Of a stretch of 64,000 bases of DNA, positions 40,897 through 50,751 are shown in pieces. The notes beneath the pieces are model-generated. The model did not search any database. It worked only from the letters and a program-made list of their open reading frames with translations, and was not told the DNA's origin. Both the position numbers and the translations under genes were made by a program. This DNA is from Pseudomonadota bacterium (GTDB lineage: Bacteria; Pseudomonadota; Alphaproteobacteria; Sphingomonadales; Sphingomonadaceae): assembly GCA_023422695.1 (NCBI GenBank), contig JAFAGN010000018.1, positions 23,791 to 87,790 of the forward strand. Direction: 5' to 3'. Numbering within the stretch: the stretch's first letter is position 1; every line of letters starts with the position of its first letter.

Positions 40897-41781
40897 TCAG
40901 TCTCGCCGGGCCTTTGGCGCCCCTCCCGCCGAACGGACGAAGCGGTAACTCTTCTGCTCATAGTTCCGCGCGCGCAGGAAGTTGTGGGCGTTGTTGATCA
41001 TGATGTCGCTCATGATCTCGATCGTGCCGCATCCGCCCTTGGCGAGAGCCGTTTCGGCGGCGGTCAGGAGCGCCGTCCCGATGCCGCGGCGCCGATGGTC
41101 GCCGTCGACAAGCAGCAGGGTGACGCGGCCGACGAGGCCGTGTTGCAAGGTCGGAACGGCGGCCCAGGCGCAGCATCCGACCAGCCCGCCGGCGTCGGCG
41201 ACGAGAAGTCCGGCCCTCGCCTTGCCGATCGCATCGATGTTCGCATCGATCGATATGCGCTTCGGCGGCTCGGCAAGCTGCGCGAGCAGACGACCGAGAG
41301 CTTTTCGGTCGTTGCCAGTCGCGGGCCGCAGGCTGAGCTTGGACTCGGGTTCGGGCACGGGCTGGGGAGTGACGATCCTGAGCACCGGCTTGGCCTTCGG
41401 CGGCGGCGGCGGATCCTGCCGCCTTCGCACAGGCTCGGGTGACGGTGGCGGACGCGTTTTTCCGCGTCGACGGATGGGTAATTGCTCCTCGATAGGTTCG
41501 GCGGCTTTGGGTGCCTTCTTGGCAGGCTTCGCCGCGGGTTCGCGTTCGGCCGAGAGTTTCCAGCTGTCGGCCGCGCCGCCGCGAAGATAGTGCGCGATGT
41601 CGGCGGCGCTTGCCATGAGCCCTTGTTCGCCGATCCCGAGGAGCGGCTTGCCCGCCGCATCGGTGAGGCCGAACTTCCCATAGTCGCCGACGCCCGGCGT
41701 TCGCTTTCGCGACCGGACGAGTTTCATCCCGCGGTGTTCGGCGATTGCGCGAAGCTCGTCGGCTGTCGGCTCGGTCGCCAT
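40897..41781 (-). CDS. GNAT acetyltransferase with extra N-terminal domain and Pro-rich linker
   Basis: C-terminal V...HRRRGIGTALL and AHNF; N-terminal ~70-aa domain. Confidence 0.8.
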   Translation of the reverse strand: MATEPTADELRAIAEHRGMKLVRSRKRTPGVGDYGKFGLTDAAGKPLLGIGEQGLMASAADIAHYLRGGAADSWKLSAEREPAAKPAKKAPKAAEPIEEQLPIRRRGKTRPPPSPEPVRRRQDPPPPPKAKPVLRIVTPQPVPEPESKLSLRPATGNDRKALGRLLAQLAEPPKRISIDANIDAIGKARAGLLVADAGGLVGCCAWAAVPTLQHGLVGRVTLLLVDGDHRRRGIGTALLTAAETALAKGGCGTIEIMSDIMINNAHNFLRARNYEQKSYRFVRSAGGAPKARRD

Positions 41782-41904
41782 CGATCAGGGCCGGAAAGGA
41801 GAGGCGGGGCGGGTCTGCGGGGAGGGGGCGCTCGCCCGGACCGCCGGCGCGCGCTCGCCCGCGCCCTGGTGGGAACCTGTGCGGCTGCGGCGCGCTCTGC
41901 CGAT

Positions 41905-42147
41905 ATGCGCGCGCGCCGTTTCACCCGCTCGACCATGATCGACCATGTCGCCTTTGACGAGGCGGCGTCGGTGCTTTCCATCAACTTCCGGGACAGCGGC
42001 AAATATCTTTATCATGGCGTCCCGTGCGCGATCTACGACGGGCTGTGCGCCGCGGAATCGCTCGGCGCCTTCTTCAACGCGCATATCAAGGACTATTTCC
42101 GCTGCGAGCGCGACCCGGCGCGCAAGCGGTTCGGTCCCGGTGCCTGA
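41905..42147 (+). CDS. KTSC domain protein
   Basis: STMI..V.FD....L.I.F..G.YLY.GVP..IY..L..A.S.G.FFN.HIK; GGAAC-N16-CGCT at 41872-41896. Confidence 0.85.
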   Translation: MRARRFTRSTMIDHVAFDEAASVLSINFRDSGKYLYHGVPCAIYDGLCAAESLGAFFNAHIKDYFRCERDPARKRFGPGA

Positions 42148-42182
42148 AGCTCCGGCGGTTATCGGTACTGCGAAGGCGCCGC

Positions 42183-43067
42183 TCATGCGCGCTTGCGCGC
42201 GGCTGTCTTGGCTGGCGCCTTTTTCGTGGGGGCCTTTTTGGCGGGCGCCTTTTTGGCACTGCCGGCCTTCGCCTTCCCGCCGCCATCGCCGATCGACTTT
42301 TTCAGCGCGGCCATCAGGTCGACGACATTCGATCCGCTCGGCGCCTTTTCGTCCTTGTCGTCGTCGAGATTGAGCGTCTTGCCCTTCTTCTTGCGCTCGA
42401 TGAGTTCCTTCAGCGCCTCCACATAGCGGTCGTGAAAGTCGCTCGCATCGAACTTGCCCGTCTTCTTGTCGATCAGCGTCGTCGCTAGATCGAGCAGGTC
42501 CTCATCGGGATCGCTGTCGGCGATGTCGCGGAAATAGCTCGCCGCCTTGTTGACCTCGTCGGCATAGCGCAGCGTCTCCATGACAAGACCCCGGCCGCAC
42601 GCCTTGATGCTGACGACATATTCACGGCCGCGCATCGCGAGCTGGCCGAGACCGACCTTGCCGGTGCGGCGGAGCGCTTCGCGTAGCACGATGAACGCTT
42701 CCTCGGCAAGATCGTCGGCGGGGACGACATAATAGGGTTTCTCGAAATATATCTCGTCGATATCCTCGGCCTCGACGAACTGGGTGAGCTCGAGCGTCTT
42801 CTTGCTCTCGAGCTTGACCCCCTCGATCTCCTCGTCGTCGAGCAGGACATATTGGTCCTTCGCATATTGGAAGCCCTTGACGATCTCGTCGACATCGACC
42901 GGGCCGACGTCGGGGACGACCTTCTCATATTTGATGCGTTTGCCCGTCGGTTCGTGGATCTGGTTGAAGGCGATCGTTGCCCCGCTCTTCGTCGCAGAAT
43001 AAATCTCGACCGGGATCGACACGAGTGCCAGGCGGATCTGGCCTTTCCAATGAGGGCGCGCAGCCAT
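42183..43067 (-). CDS. ku: Non-homologous end joining protein Ku
   Basis: RPHWKGQIRLALVSIPV, YFEKPYY, LRYADEV, NVVDLMAALKKS, basic tail. Confidence 0.96.
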   Translation of the reverse strand: MAARPHWKGQIRLALVSIPVEIYSATKSGATIAFNQIHEPTGKRIKYEKVVPDVGPVDVDEIVKGFQYAKDQYVLLDDEEIEGVKLESKKTLELTQFVEAEDIDEIYFEKPYYVVPADDLAEEAFIVLREALRRTGKVGLGQLAMRGREYVVSIKACGRGLVMETLRYADEVNKAASYFRDIADSDPDEDLLDLATTLIDKKTGKFDASDFHDRYVEALKELIERKKKGKTLNLDDDKDEKAPSGSNVVDLMAALKKSIGDGGGKAKAGSAKKAPAKKAPTKKAPAKTAARKRA

Positions 43068-43096
43068 CGTCACTCACTCCTTTGCCTATTCCCTTC

Positions 43097-43121
43097 AATG
43101 CGCGCGGTCGCCGAGCGTTCC
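43097..43121 (-). promoter_or_regulatory. EcfG-type promoter for ku
   Basis: GGAAC-N16-CATT; a second GGAAC-N15-CGTT lies at 43157-43180. Confidence 0.55.
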
Positions 43122-43252
43122 GCGCGAGCGATCTGGACGGAGACCGGATCGGCGGCAACGGGACCGAGGCGGCGGGTTCCGGAATGGCCGATCGGCTTCG
43201 ACGACGCGAGCGCCTGCCGCGTTCGGGCCCGCGACACCCCTGCCGGTGCCCG

Positions 43253-43630
43253 TCAGACGGTCCAGCGCGCGGGCGTTAGAGAGATGGGGATCGGAGAATG
43301 CAGCCGCTGCCACTTCGTCGCTGCGAGCACGTCGTTGCTCTCCTTCGCCTCGCGGCCTGCCGCGAGCGACCAGGTGATATGATAATGGCTTCCGTCGCCG
43401 CGATCGGTGGTTCCGCCGATGCGGACGATAAGCGCCTGGACGCCTGCGCCGTCATCGACCTCGCCGACGATCTCGCCCGACCGCGCGGCGGGAAGCGGCG
43501 TGTCCTCGTCGGACCCGAAGCGCAGCGTCACATGATCGGCCACGACGCCCGCATAGTGCGGTTCGAACCGCCCGATCAGCCTGTCGCGCTCGGCGGGCGG
43601 CAGCTTCCATCCGACGATGGTGCGGGTCAC
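43253..43630 (-). CDS. Putative 2H phosphoesterase
   Basis: Two HxT motifs (DHVTL, YHITW) about 50 aa apart; GTGA overlap with the xth stop. Confidence 0.65.
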   Translation of the reverse strand: MTRTIVGWKLPPAERDRLIGRFEPHYAGVVADHVTLRFGSDEDTPLPAARSGEIVGEVDDGAGVQALIVRIGGTTDRGDGSHYHITWSLAAGREAKESNDVLAATKWQRLHSPIPISLTPARWTV

Positions 43631-44430
43631 GGGGAATTTCGCTTTCGCTTTGCGGCGCTTTCCGTGAGCTCGATCCACGCAGGCGCATGGTCGCTCGTCT
43701 TGTCGAGCGCCCGCGGGCGGGTGTCGACGCCGGCGGCCGCGAGCCGCTTCGCCGCGGGCTTGTTGAGCAGCAAATGGTCAATGCGGATGCCGGCATTGCG
43801 CTCGAACGATTGGCGCCAATAGGCCCAGAAGCTGTAGATGCGCTCCTCGGGATGCAGATGACGGATCGCGTCGGTCCAGCCCTTGTCGAGGATGCGCTGA
43901 TAGGCGGCCTTCGCTTCGGGCGCAAATAGCGCGTCCTTCTTCCAGTTCTCGGGCTTGTAGACATCGAGGTCGGTGGGAATGACGTTGAAGTCGCCGCAGA
44001 TGACGACGGGTGCGTCGAGGTCGAAGAGTGTCGCCAGGTGCGCGTCGAGGCGCGCCATCCACTGCATCTTGTAATCGAATTTCGGACCGGGCCAGGGGTT
44101 GCCGTTGGGAAGATAGAGGCCGGCGACGAGGATGCCGCCGACCGCGGCCTCGATATAGCGGCTCTGCTCGTCGCCGGGATCGCCGGGGAGCCCGCGGCGC
44201 GTTTCGTGGATTTCGCCGACGCGGCTCAGCATCGCGACGCCGTTCCAGCGGCTCTGGCCGTGCCAGATCACGTCATAGCCCGCGTCGCGGATCGCCTTCT
44301 CGGGGAATTTCTCCTGAGGGGCTTTCAATTCCTGCAGGCAAACGATGTCGGGCTCGGCCTGCGCGAGCCAGCCGAGCAGAATGTCGAGGCGGCCGCCGAT
44401 GCCGTTCACATTATAGGTCGCGATCTTCAC
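43627..44430 (-). CDS. xth: Exodeoxyribonuclease III
   Basis: KIATYNVNG, LQELK, YLPNGN, GDFNV, RIDH, SDHAP; GTGA overlap with the ligD stop. Confidence 0.95.
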   Translation of the reverse strand: MKIATYNVNGIGGRLDILLGWLAQAEPDIVCLQELKAPQEKFPEKAIRDAGYDVIWHGQSRWNGVAMLSRVGEIHETRRGLPGDPGDEQSRYIEAAVGGILVAGLYLPNGNPWPGPKFDYKMQWMARLDAHLATLFDLDAPVVICGDFNVIPTDLDVYKPENWKKDALFAPEAKAAYQRILDKGWTDAIRHLHPEERIYSFWAYWRQSFERNAGIRIDHLLLNKPAAKRLAAAGVDTRPRALDKTSDHAPAWIELTESAAKRKRNSP

Positions 44431-46310
44431 AGGTCGGGCAGCGTCTGGTCGGCGCGGCCCCAGCCTTGCAGCGCCTTGAGGCCGGCGCGCTTCAGAAGCT
44501 CCTTTGCGTCGGTGATGCGGAAATGCGACGGCTTGTCGATCGTCTCCATTTCCTTCCAGCTGAGAGGCGCGGCGACCGGCGCGCCTTCGCGGGCCCGCGC
44601 CGAATAGGGCATCACCGCGGTCGCGCCCCGCTGATTGCGGAGATAATCGACGAAGATCCGGCCCTTGCGCTGCGCCTTGGGGAGGGCGGCGGTGAAGCGG
44701 TCGGAATCCATCTGGGCGACGGCGCGGGCGAGCCGGTGCGCGAAGTCCTTGACCTCGGGCCATTCGGCGCGCGGCACGAGCGGGGCGATCACATGGACGC
44801 CCTTGCCGCCGGTGAGCATCGGGAAGGTCTCGAGGCCCATCTGCTTCAGGATGTCGCGGAACTGGAAGGCGGCGCTGCGGACCGCCTCGAAATCGAGACC
44901 GACGTCGGGATCGAGATCGAAGACGAGCCGATCGGCCTTCTCGACATCCTCGATGCGCGCGCCCCAGCCATGGAATTCGATCGTGCCCATCTGGACGCAG
45001 GTCATCAGGCCCTCGGGCGTGTCCATATAGAGATAGGGCTGGTTGTCGCCATCCTTCTCCTCGATCGCGACCTGCTTCACCGCATCGCCGAAGCTTCCGG
45101 CATCATGTTTCTGGAAGAAGCATTTCTTGGCGCGGCCCTGCGGACAGCGCACGAGGCTGATCGGGCGCGAACCCGCCCACGGCAGCATGATCGGCGCGAC
45201 CGCGGCATAATATTCTGCAAGCTCGCCCTTGGTGAGCCCCGCCTCGGGAAAGATGACGCGGTCGGGGTTGCTGATCGGTACTGGCGAGGCGTGCGCCACC
45301 TCGGCGACCGCCGCTTCGCTTTCGATCACGACCGCTTCGGGCTTCTTGTCCTCACGAAGGCCGAGATAGCTCGGGTGGCGGAGCGTGCCATCGTTCGTCA
45401 TCTCGGTGAAGGCGATCTCGGCGACGAGCTTCGGCTCGATCCAGTGCGCGCCGCGCGTCTCGGTGCGGGGCGCCTTCACCGTCGGCTCCTTTCGTTCGAG
45501 CGGCTTCATCATCGCCTGGAGGCGGAAGAGCTCCTCGGTATCGAAACCGGTCCCGACCTTGCCCGCGTAGCGCAGCGCGCCCTTCTCATGGACGCCAAGC
45601 ATCAGCGAGCGGAAGGCGCGCGACGTGTCCGAGGGTGTCCAGCCGACGATGACGAACTCCTGCCGCTTGATGCACTTGGCCTTGAGCCAGCTTCCCGCGC
45701 GCGCGCCGACATAGCGCGCATCGCCCTTTTTCGAGATGACCCCTTCGAGACCCGCAGCGCAGAAACTCTCGAGCAATGCATCGCCGCTGCCCGCGATATG
45801 ATCCGAGTAGCGGATATGCCTGGAGGCCTTGGGAAGAATTTTGGCAAGATGCGCCTTGCGGTCGAGGAGGGGGAGGGCGGTCAGATCCTCGCCGTCCAGC
45901 GCGAGCAGATCGAAGGCGAAATAGTCGATGCTATCGGGCGCGGACTTCAGGGCATTTTGCAGTGACTGGAAGCTTGAGCGGCCTTCAGCATCGAGCACGA
46001 CCGCTTCACCGTCGATCAGCGCGCTGTCTACCTTCAGCTTTGCGGCCTCGGCGAGGAGCGGCGCGAAGCGCGCCGACCAGTCGAGACCCGAGCGCGTATA
46101 GGCGCGGGCCTCGCCACCGCCGACCGCGATCAGCAGGCGGTAGCCGTCATATTTCATCTCGTGAACCCAGCCCCTGCCGGCGGGAACGCTGTCGACGAGC
46201 GTCGCCAGCTGGACCGGACGAAAGGGCGGGGGAGCCGCAGCCTTTCGTTCGCCGCGCTTCGAAGAGGGGGCGCGGTCTGCGGGGCTCGGTGCGGCGGTCT
46301 TTCTGGCCAT
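44427..46310 (-). CDS. ligD: DNA ligase D (ligase + primase/polymerase domains, no PE domain)
   Basis: EMKYDGYR, DGE, FDLL, EG.ISK, WLK.K; polymerase motifs FDLDP, GGKGVH, DYLRN. Start at ATG 46310. Confidence 0.93.
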   Translation of the reverse strand: MARKTAAPSPADRAPSSKRGERKAAAPPPFRPVQLATLVDSVPAGRGWVHEMKYDGYRLLIAVGGGEARAYTRSGLDWSARFAPLLAEAAKLKVDSALIDGEAVVLDAEGRSSFQSLQNALKSAPDSIDYFAFDLLALDGEDLTALPLLDRKAHLAKILPKASRHIRYSDHIAGSGDALLESFCAAGLEGVISKKGDARYVGARAGSWLKAKCIKRQEFVIVGWTPSDTSRAFRSLMLGVHEKGALRYAGKVGTGFDTEELFRLQAMMKPLERKEPTVKAPRTETRGAHWIEPKLVAEIAFTEMTNDGTLRHPSYLGLREDKKPEAVVIESEAAVAEVAHASPVPISNPDRVIFPEAGLTKGELAEYYAAVAPIMLPWAGSRPISLVRCPQGRAKKCFFQKHDAGSFGDAVKQVAIEEKDGDNQPYLYMDTPEGLMTCVQMGTIEFHGWGARIEDVEKADRLVFDLDPDVGLDFEAVRSAAFQFRDILKQMGLETFPMLTGGKGVHVIAPLVPRAEWPEVKDFAHRLARAVAQMDSDRFTAALPKAQRKGRIFVDYLRNQRGATAVMPYSARAREGAPVAAPLSWKEMETIDKPSHFRITDAKELLKRAGLKALQGWGRADQTLPDL

Positions 46311-46318
46311 GGACTCAA

Positions 46319-46381
46319 GACCATCCGGCGCCGTGATCGTTCCCGGTGGCGGGGCAACTTGCCCGCCCCGCCATGCGTTCC
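46319..46381 (-). promoter_or_regulatory. Two candidate EcfG-type promoters for ligD
   Basis: GGAAC-N16-GGTC (46319-46343, 8 nt from the ATG) and GGAAC-N17-AGTT (46356-46381). Confidence 0.45.
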
Positions 46382-46412
46382 CATTTTCGTCCCCGAGACA
46401 TGGAGCTTCAAC

Positions 46413-46676
46413 ATGGCGAATGGCTGGGCGCGCGACGGCGCCGTTCAGGATCAGATCGACGACACGGTGAGCGATGCCGTCAAAGAGGCGCGCCTGCGGC
46501 TGCTGTCCGGCAAGGGCGCGGACTATTGCGACGATTGCGGCGAGCGGATTCCGGAGGCGCGGCGAAAGGCCTTGCCTGCGAGCCGTACCTGCATCGGGTG
46601 CCAGACGCTTCGCGACGCCGAACGCCGTCCGGCAGGTTTCAACCGCCGGGGAAGCAAGGACAGTCAGCTGCGTTGA
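46413..46676 (+). CDS. DksA/TraR family C4 zinc-finger protein (YbiI-like)
   Basis: MANGWARDGAVQDQI, CDDCG..IPEARR..CIGCQ, NRRGSKDSQLR. Confidence 0.92.
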   Translation: MANGWARDGAVQDQIDDTVSDAVKEARLRLLSGKGADYCDDCGERIPEARRKALPASRTCIGCQTLRDAERRPAGFNRRGSKDSQLR

Positions 46677-46707
46677 CCTCTTTGGAAAGCGGGCCGCGGC
46701 GTCGACT

Positions 46708-47739
46708 TCAGGCGCGCGCCTTGGCTGCGGCGCGGACCTCCTGCGATCGGTCGAGCGCGATAACGAGGATATCGTCGCCGTCGACGATGACGCCGACATT
46801 GTCCATGCCGACGAGCGACACGCGTTTTCCGGGCGCGCGGACGAGGCAACCATGGCTGTCGTGTGCGAAAAGATCGTCGCTGCAAGCATTACCAGCCGCG
46901 TCGGCACCTGCGAGCGCGTGCACCGCTTGCCAGCTGCCGAGGTCCGACCAGCCCATCGACACGGGGACGACCGCGACGCGGGCGTCTTTCTCCATCACGG
47001 CATAATCGATCGAATCAGAGGGCGCCTGTTCGAACGGCGCGCTTGCCGCGTGCAGGGCATCGCCATCGTGCAGCGCATTGGCGACCGCGGCTTCCGCCGC
47101 GCGATATATGGCCCGGCAATGCGTGAGCATCGCCTCGCGCATCCGACCGGCCCGGAAGAGGAAGATGCCGGCGTTCCAGCTGTAACCGCCCTCGCGAAGC
47201 ATCGCTTCGGCATCGGCGAGCGGCGGCTTCTCGACGAAGCGGGCCACGGCAAATCCCGCGCCGCCGAGCGGTGCGCCGCTGGCGATGTAGCCGAAGCCCG
47301 TGTCGGGCCGATCGGGAGCGATGCCGAATGTGACCAGCCAGTCGTCGCGCGCCAGATCGGCGGCTTTGGCGATGGCGCCCCGGAATGCGGCTACATCGGC
47401 GATGACATGATCGCTCGGCATGACGAGCAGCAGAACGTCATCGGCCGACGAAGCGACCGCGAGCGCGATGGCGGCGGCGGTGTTGCGCGCCGCAGGCTCG
47501 ACGATCAGCCGAACGTCGCGACCCTCGGATTGTTCGCGCACCATCGCGACATGCTCGGCGCCGCACACGATGAGCGGCGCCGAAAAGCCGGCTCCGGTTG
47601 CCCGATCGAGCGTGCGGGCAAACAGGCTCTCTTTTCCGATGATGTCGAGAAACTGTTTGGCACGCGCGCCGCGGGAAGCGGGCCAGAGGCGCGTACCCGC
47701 GCCGCCGCAAAGAATGACGGGCTGGATCGTCGCAGACAT
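46708..47739 (-). CDS. manC: Mannose-1-phosphate guanylyltransferase
   Basis: PVILCGGAGTRLWPASR, EP..RNTA, PSDH, FVEKP, SIDYAVME, WSDLGSW. Confidence 0.92.
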   Translation of the reverse strand: MSATIQPVILCGGAGTRLWPASRGARAKQFLDIIGKESLFARTLDRATGAGFSAPLIVCGAEHVAMVREQSEGRDVRLIVEPAARNTAAAIALAVASSADDVLLLVMPSDHVIADVAAFRGAIAKAADLARDDWLVTFGIAPDRPDTGFGYIASGAPLGGAGFAVARFVEKPPLADAEAMLREGGYSWNAGIFLFRAGRMREAMLTHCRAIYRAAEAAVANALHDGDALHAASAPFEQAPSDSIDYAVMEKDARVAVVPVSMGWSDLGSWQAVHALAGADAAGNACSDDLFAHDSHGCLVRAPGKRVSLVGMDNVGVIVDGDDILVIALDRSQEVRAAAKARA

Positions 47740-48102
47740 AGGATCAACCTTCCAGGGTCGGGGCGGAGGCGCGCGAGCTCGACCCGATCGCGGCGCGCCG
47801 AGACTCTCCGCCGTTTTCGAAATTTCGCGACCGACTGAACCATCTCCGACCGAACGCCGCGCAAGCGAGCGAGTTGCCCCTGCTTCCGCGAAAAGGCCCG
47901 AAATCCCGGTCTGATTAACGCAGGTTATACCGATTCCTCGCATGCGTGGTCCGGATTGAGCGCGGCCCCATGTCCTGTCGCGCCGGAAGATTGCGAAGTC
48001 GGCGTGGCGAATGCGCGAACGAGGCAGCGTCATGGAGCATTACAGGTCGGATTTCACTCCCGCCGCATGCAGCCCGCCGGGGCGCCGGGGCGTTGAACAG
48101 GC

Positions 48103-48327
48103 ATGAACCAGAGCGACATATTTCTAATGCTGGCCGGGCAAGAACTGAAATTCCTCTCCGACCTCATCGCGCGGATCGATCAAGGACGTCTTGATCCTGT
48201 CTGCCTCGACCGGGAGGCCGCGATCCTCCTCCTGCGCGAGGTAGCGGCGGAGCGCCGAAGCCTAGTCGATCGCCTGAAATCTTATGAGGGTGAGGGCGGC
48301 GCTGCCTGGACCGGAGCGCCCGTATAG
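48103..48327 (+). CDS. Small hypothetical protein
   Basis: 74-aa helical-looking ORF in an otherwise empty gap. Confidence 0.45.
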   Translation: MNQSDIFLMLAGQELKFLSDLIARIDQGRLDPVCLDREAAILLLREVAAERRSLVDRLKSYEGEGGAAWTGAPV

Positions 48328-48363
48328 GGGCTCTTTGTCGGTCCTTGCTAATCTCGTCCGCCG

Positions 48364-48660
48364 CTATCCCTTGGCATTTCGGCGGCGCGTTTCCCAACCC
48401 TTTTTCGCGGCCGCGGATCGCTTTTCGCTGCTCTTGCCCGCACCGCTTTTGCGGCCACCTTTTCTCGAGGCTTCATGGGTATCGGGCTGGCCACGCCCGG
48501 AACCCGACTTGTTGCCGCCGCCCGACTCCTTGTTCACCGTTGCCCATGCGCGGCTCTCCGCTTCCTTCTTGCCGACGCCGCGCTTCTCATAACTTTCTTC
48601 GATATGCTCGGCCTTGCGCTTTTGCTTGTCGGTGTAGCTCGATTTGTCCCCACGGGGCAT
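48364..48660 (-). CDS. Basic, hydrophilic stress-associated small protein
   Basis: MPRGDKSSYTDKQKRKAEHIEE..AWATVNK..RKGG; GGGAG RBS; GGAAC-N16-GGTT at 48692-48716. Confidence 0.85.
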   Translation of the reverse strand: MPRGDKSSYTDKQKRKAEHIEESYEKRGVGKKEAESRAWATVNKESGGGNKSGSGRGQPDTHEASRKGGRKSGAGKSSEKRSAAAKKGWETRRRNAKG

Positions 48661-48850
48661 GACAATTCTCCCTATCCGGCCCCCTTTGGTCAACCAACGG
48701 AACATCTTGGGGTTCCGCTAAAGACGCTAATCCGTGGCATGCAAGACCTCGCTTCCGGAGACGGACACGAGCACGCTGGCCGTGTCGACACCGCGTGACA
48801 ATCGTTGCGAGCGGCGGCGGCGCCCAGATATGATTGCCGCTCGGCGCGGT

Positions 48851-49786
48851 CTATCCGTTGACGACCGTTCCGCCGTTCGGGTGGAGCACCTGGCCCGACA
48901 TGTAGCTGCTATCGTCGCACGCAAGAAAGAGGAAGCTCGGTGCGACCTCGTTGGGCTCTCCCGGTCGCTTCATCGGCGTCGTCTCGCCAAAGCTTTCGAC
49001 TTTTTTGGCGGGCGCTCCGCCGCGTGGATTGAGCGGGGTCCAGATCGGGCCGGGCGCGACCGCATTCACCCTGATGCCCTTCTCGATCAGATTCTCGCTG
49101 AGCGAGCGCGTGAAGGCGGTAATGGCGCCCTTGGTCGCACTATAGTCGAGCAGACCACCGCTCCCCTGATACATGGTCACGCTCGTGCAATTGATGATCG
49201 CCGCGCCTTTCTTGAGATGCGGCAGCGCAGCCTGCACAAGATAGAACATGCCGAAGATATTGGTGGCGAAGGTGCGCTGCAGCTGCTCCGGGCTGATGTC
49301 GCGAATATCGTCTGCCGGATGCTGTTCGCCCGCATTGTTGACGAGAACATCGATGCGCTTCAGCTTGCTCACGACCTTGTCGACGATAGTCTTTCCGGCG
49401 CTGGTTTTCCCCACGTCGGCCTTGACGAGGATCGCGGTGCGCCCTTCGGCGCCTACGAGCGAAGCCGTTTCCTCGGCATCGGCTTTGTTGCTCTTGTAAA
49501 CGATGGCGATATCCGCACCTTCGCGGGCGAACAATACGGCTACCGCGCGCCCGATCCCGCTGTCGCCGCCGGTCACGATCGCGACCTTGTCCTTGAGCCG
49601 GTCGGAACCGGCATAGCGCGGCTCCCATTTCGGCGCGCGGTCGAGATCGGATTCCCGGTCTTTCGGCGGCGTGCGGATCGTCTTCGTATCGCCGACCTCC
49701 TTCCGCAGTTTCCTTGCCGCCGTCTGTTTTCCGCGCTTCTCGGACGCGGTTTCTCCGACCTTTCCGGCCTCTGATTTGCGTGTCAT
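48851..49786 (-). CDS. SDR oxidoreductase (general-stress YdaD/YghA type)
   Basis: TGGDSGIG, NNAG, YSATK, PGPIWTP. Confidence 0.93.
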   Translation of the reverse strand: MTRKSEAGKVGETASEKRGKQTAARKLRKEVGDTKTIRTPPKDRESDLDRAPKWEPRYAGSDRLKDKVAIVTGGDSGIGRAVAVLFAREGADIAIVYKSNKADAEETASLVGAEGRTAILVKADVGKTSAGKTIVDKVVSKLKRIDVLVNNAGEQHPADDIRDISPEQLQRTFATNIFGMFYLVQAALPHLKKGAAIINCTSVTMYQGSGGLLDYSATKGAITAFTRSLSENLIEKGIRVNAVAPGPIWTPLNPRGGAPAKKVESFGETTPMKRPGEPNEVAPSFLFLACDDSSYMSGQVLHPNGGTVVNG

Positions 49787-49978
49787 TGCCGACTCCTCCT
49801 GTTCTGCCTGTCATCGACAAACCGGCGGGTCCCACACTTGGTTGCGGAGCACTTGGCTCATGCCGAGCTGCGCTGCGGCGGTGGTCTGGAAATGCGCGGC
49901 CGACTTTCTACCTATACAGCGTTGCAATCCTTACCGCCCGGGGGCGCGCCCTGCGCCGCCGAAGCTGAGAGAAGAAGT

Positions 49979-50644
49979 TTGTCCAAGATCGTGAACGGGG
50001 CCAGCCTGCAACCTCGCTCCGGAGGCGCCCCCAAAAACATCGTGCTGCTGCTCCACGGCTTCGGGTCGAGCGGCTCCGACATGATTTCGCTGGCGCCGCA
50101 GTGGCAGGAGGCCTTGCCGGACACGCTGTTTCTTGCGCCGCATGCACCGCAGCGATGCTCGATAATGGGCGGGGGCTACCAATGGTGGGGGCTGTCGGGT
50201 TTCGCCCCGGCGGCGTTGGCTGCAGGCGCTGCGTCGGCAGCGCCGGCGATCGACGCGTTCATCGATCGCAAGCTCGCGCAATATGACCTCAGCGAGGCCG
50301 ATCTCGCCCTTGTGGGTTTCAGCCAGGGCACGATGATGGCGCTTCATGTCGGCCTTCGCCGCCCCCGCGCCGTTGCCGCTATCGTCGGCTATTCGGGCAT
50401 GCTCGCGGGCGCGGCCGATCTCGCGCATCATGTTCCGTCGAAACCGCCAGTCCTGCTGGTGCACGGCACGGCCGACCCCGTCGTGCCGATCGCGGCGCTG
50501 CACATGTCCGAGAGCCAGTTGAAGCGGCTCGGCGTCGAGGTCGAGACGCATATCTCCTACGGTGTCGCGCACAGCGTCGACCCGGTCGGACTGCGGACCG
50601 GCCGCGACTTCGTGACCGGCGCCTTTGCGAAAAGCTGCGGCTGA
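49979..50644 (+). CDS. Phospholipase/carboxylesterase (alpha/beta hydrolase)
   Basis: LLHGFG, GFSQG, HG..D.VV, H. Confidence 0.88.
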   Translation: MSKIVNGASLQPRSGGAPKNIVLLLHGFGSSGSDMISLAPQWQEALPDTLFLAPHAPQRCSIMGGGYQWWGLSGFAPAALAAGAASAAPAIDAFIDRKLAQYDLSEADLALVGFSQGTMMALHVGLRRPRAVAAIVGYSGMLAGAADLAHHVPSKPPVLLVHGTADPVVPIAALHMSESQLKRLGVEVETHISYGVAHSVDPVGLRTGRDFVTGAFAKSCG

Positions 50645-50751
50645 ACCGCGCAGCTTCGTCACGGCGGCATCGGGCGCACGGTGTCGGCGAGCGACGCGGG
50701 GTGGCCGGGAAGGGAGAGGTGGGGGCACCCGCGGGGGGGTGGGATCCGCGC

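Noticed and set aside
44010..45965. Long antisense or alternate-frame ORFs (also 5133-6662, 35210-36475, 49931-51757, 55262-57142, 60369-62084)
   Set aside because: Shadow ORFs of real genes in GC-rich DNA; Arg/Ala/Pro-rich with no motifs.
46311..46907. 826-aa LigD ORF as given in the track
   Set aside because: The extra ~200 aa overlap the clear DksA/TraR gene (opposite strand) and manC, and have no PE motifs; ATG 46310 is preferred.
48364..48660. Toxin-antitoxin or plasmid-stability role for this small protein
   Set aside because: No ParE/RelE features and no partner gene; promoter and composition point to a stress protein.
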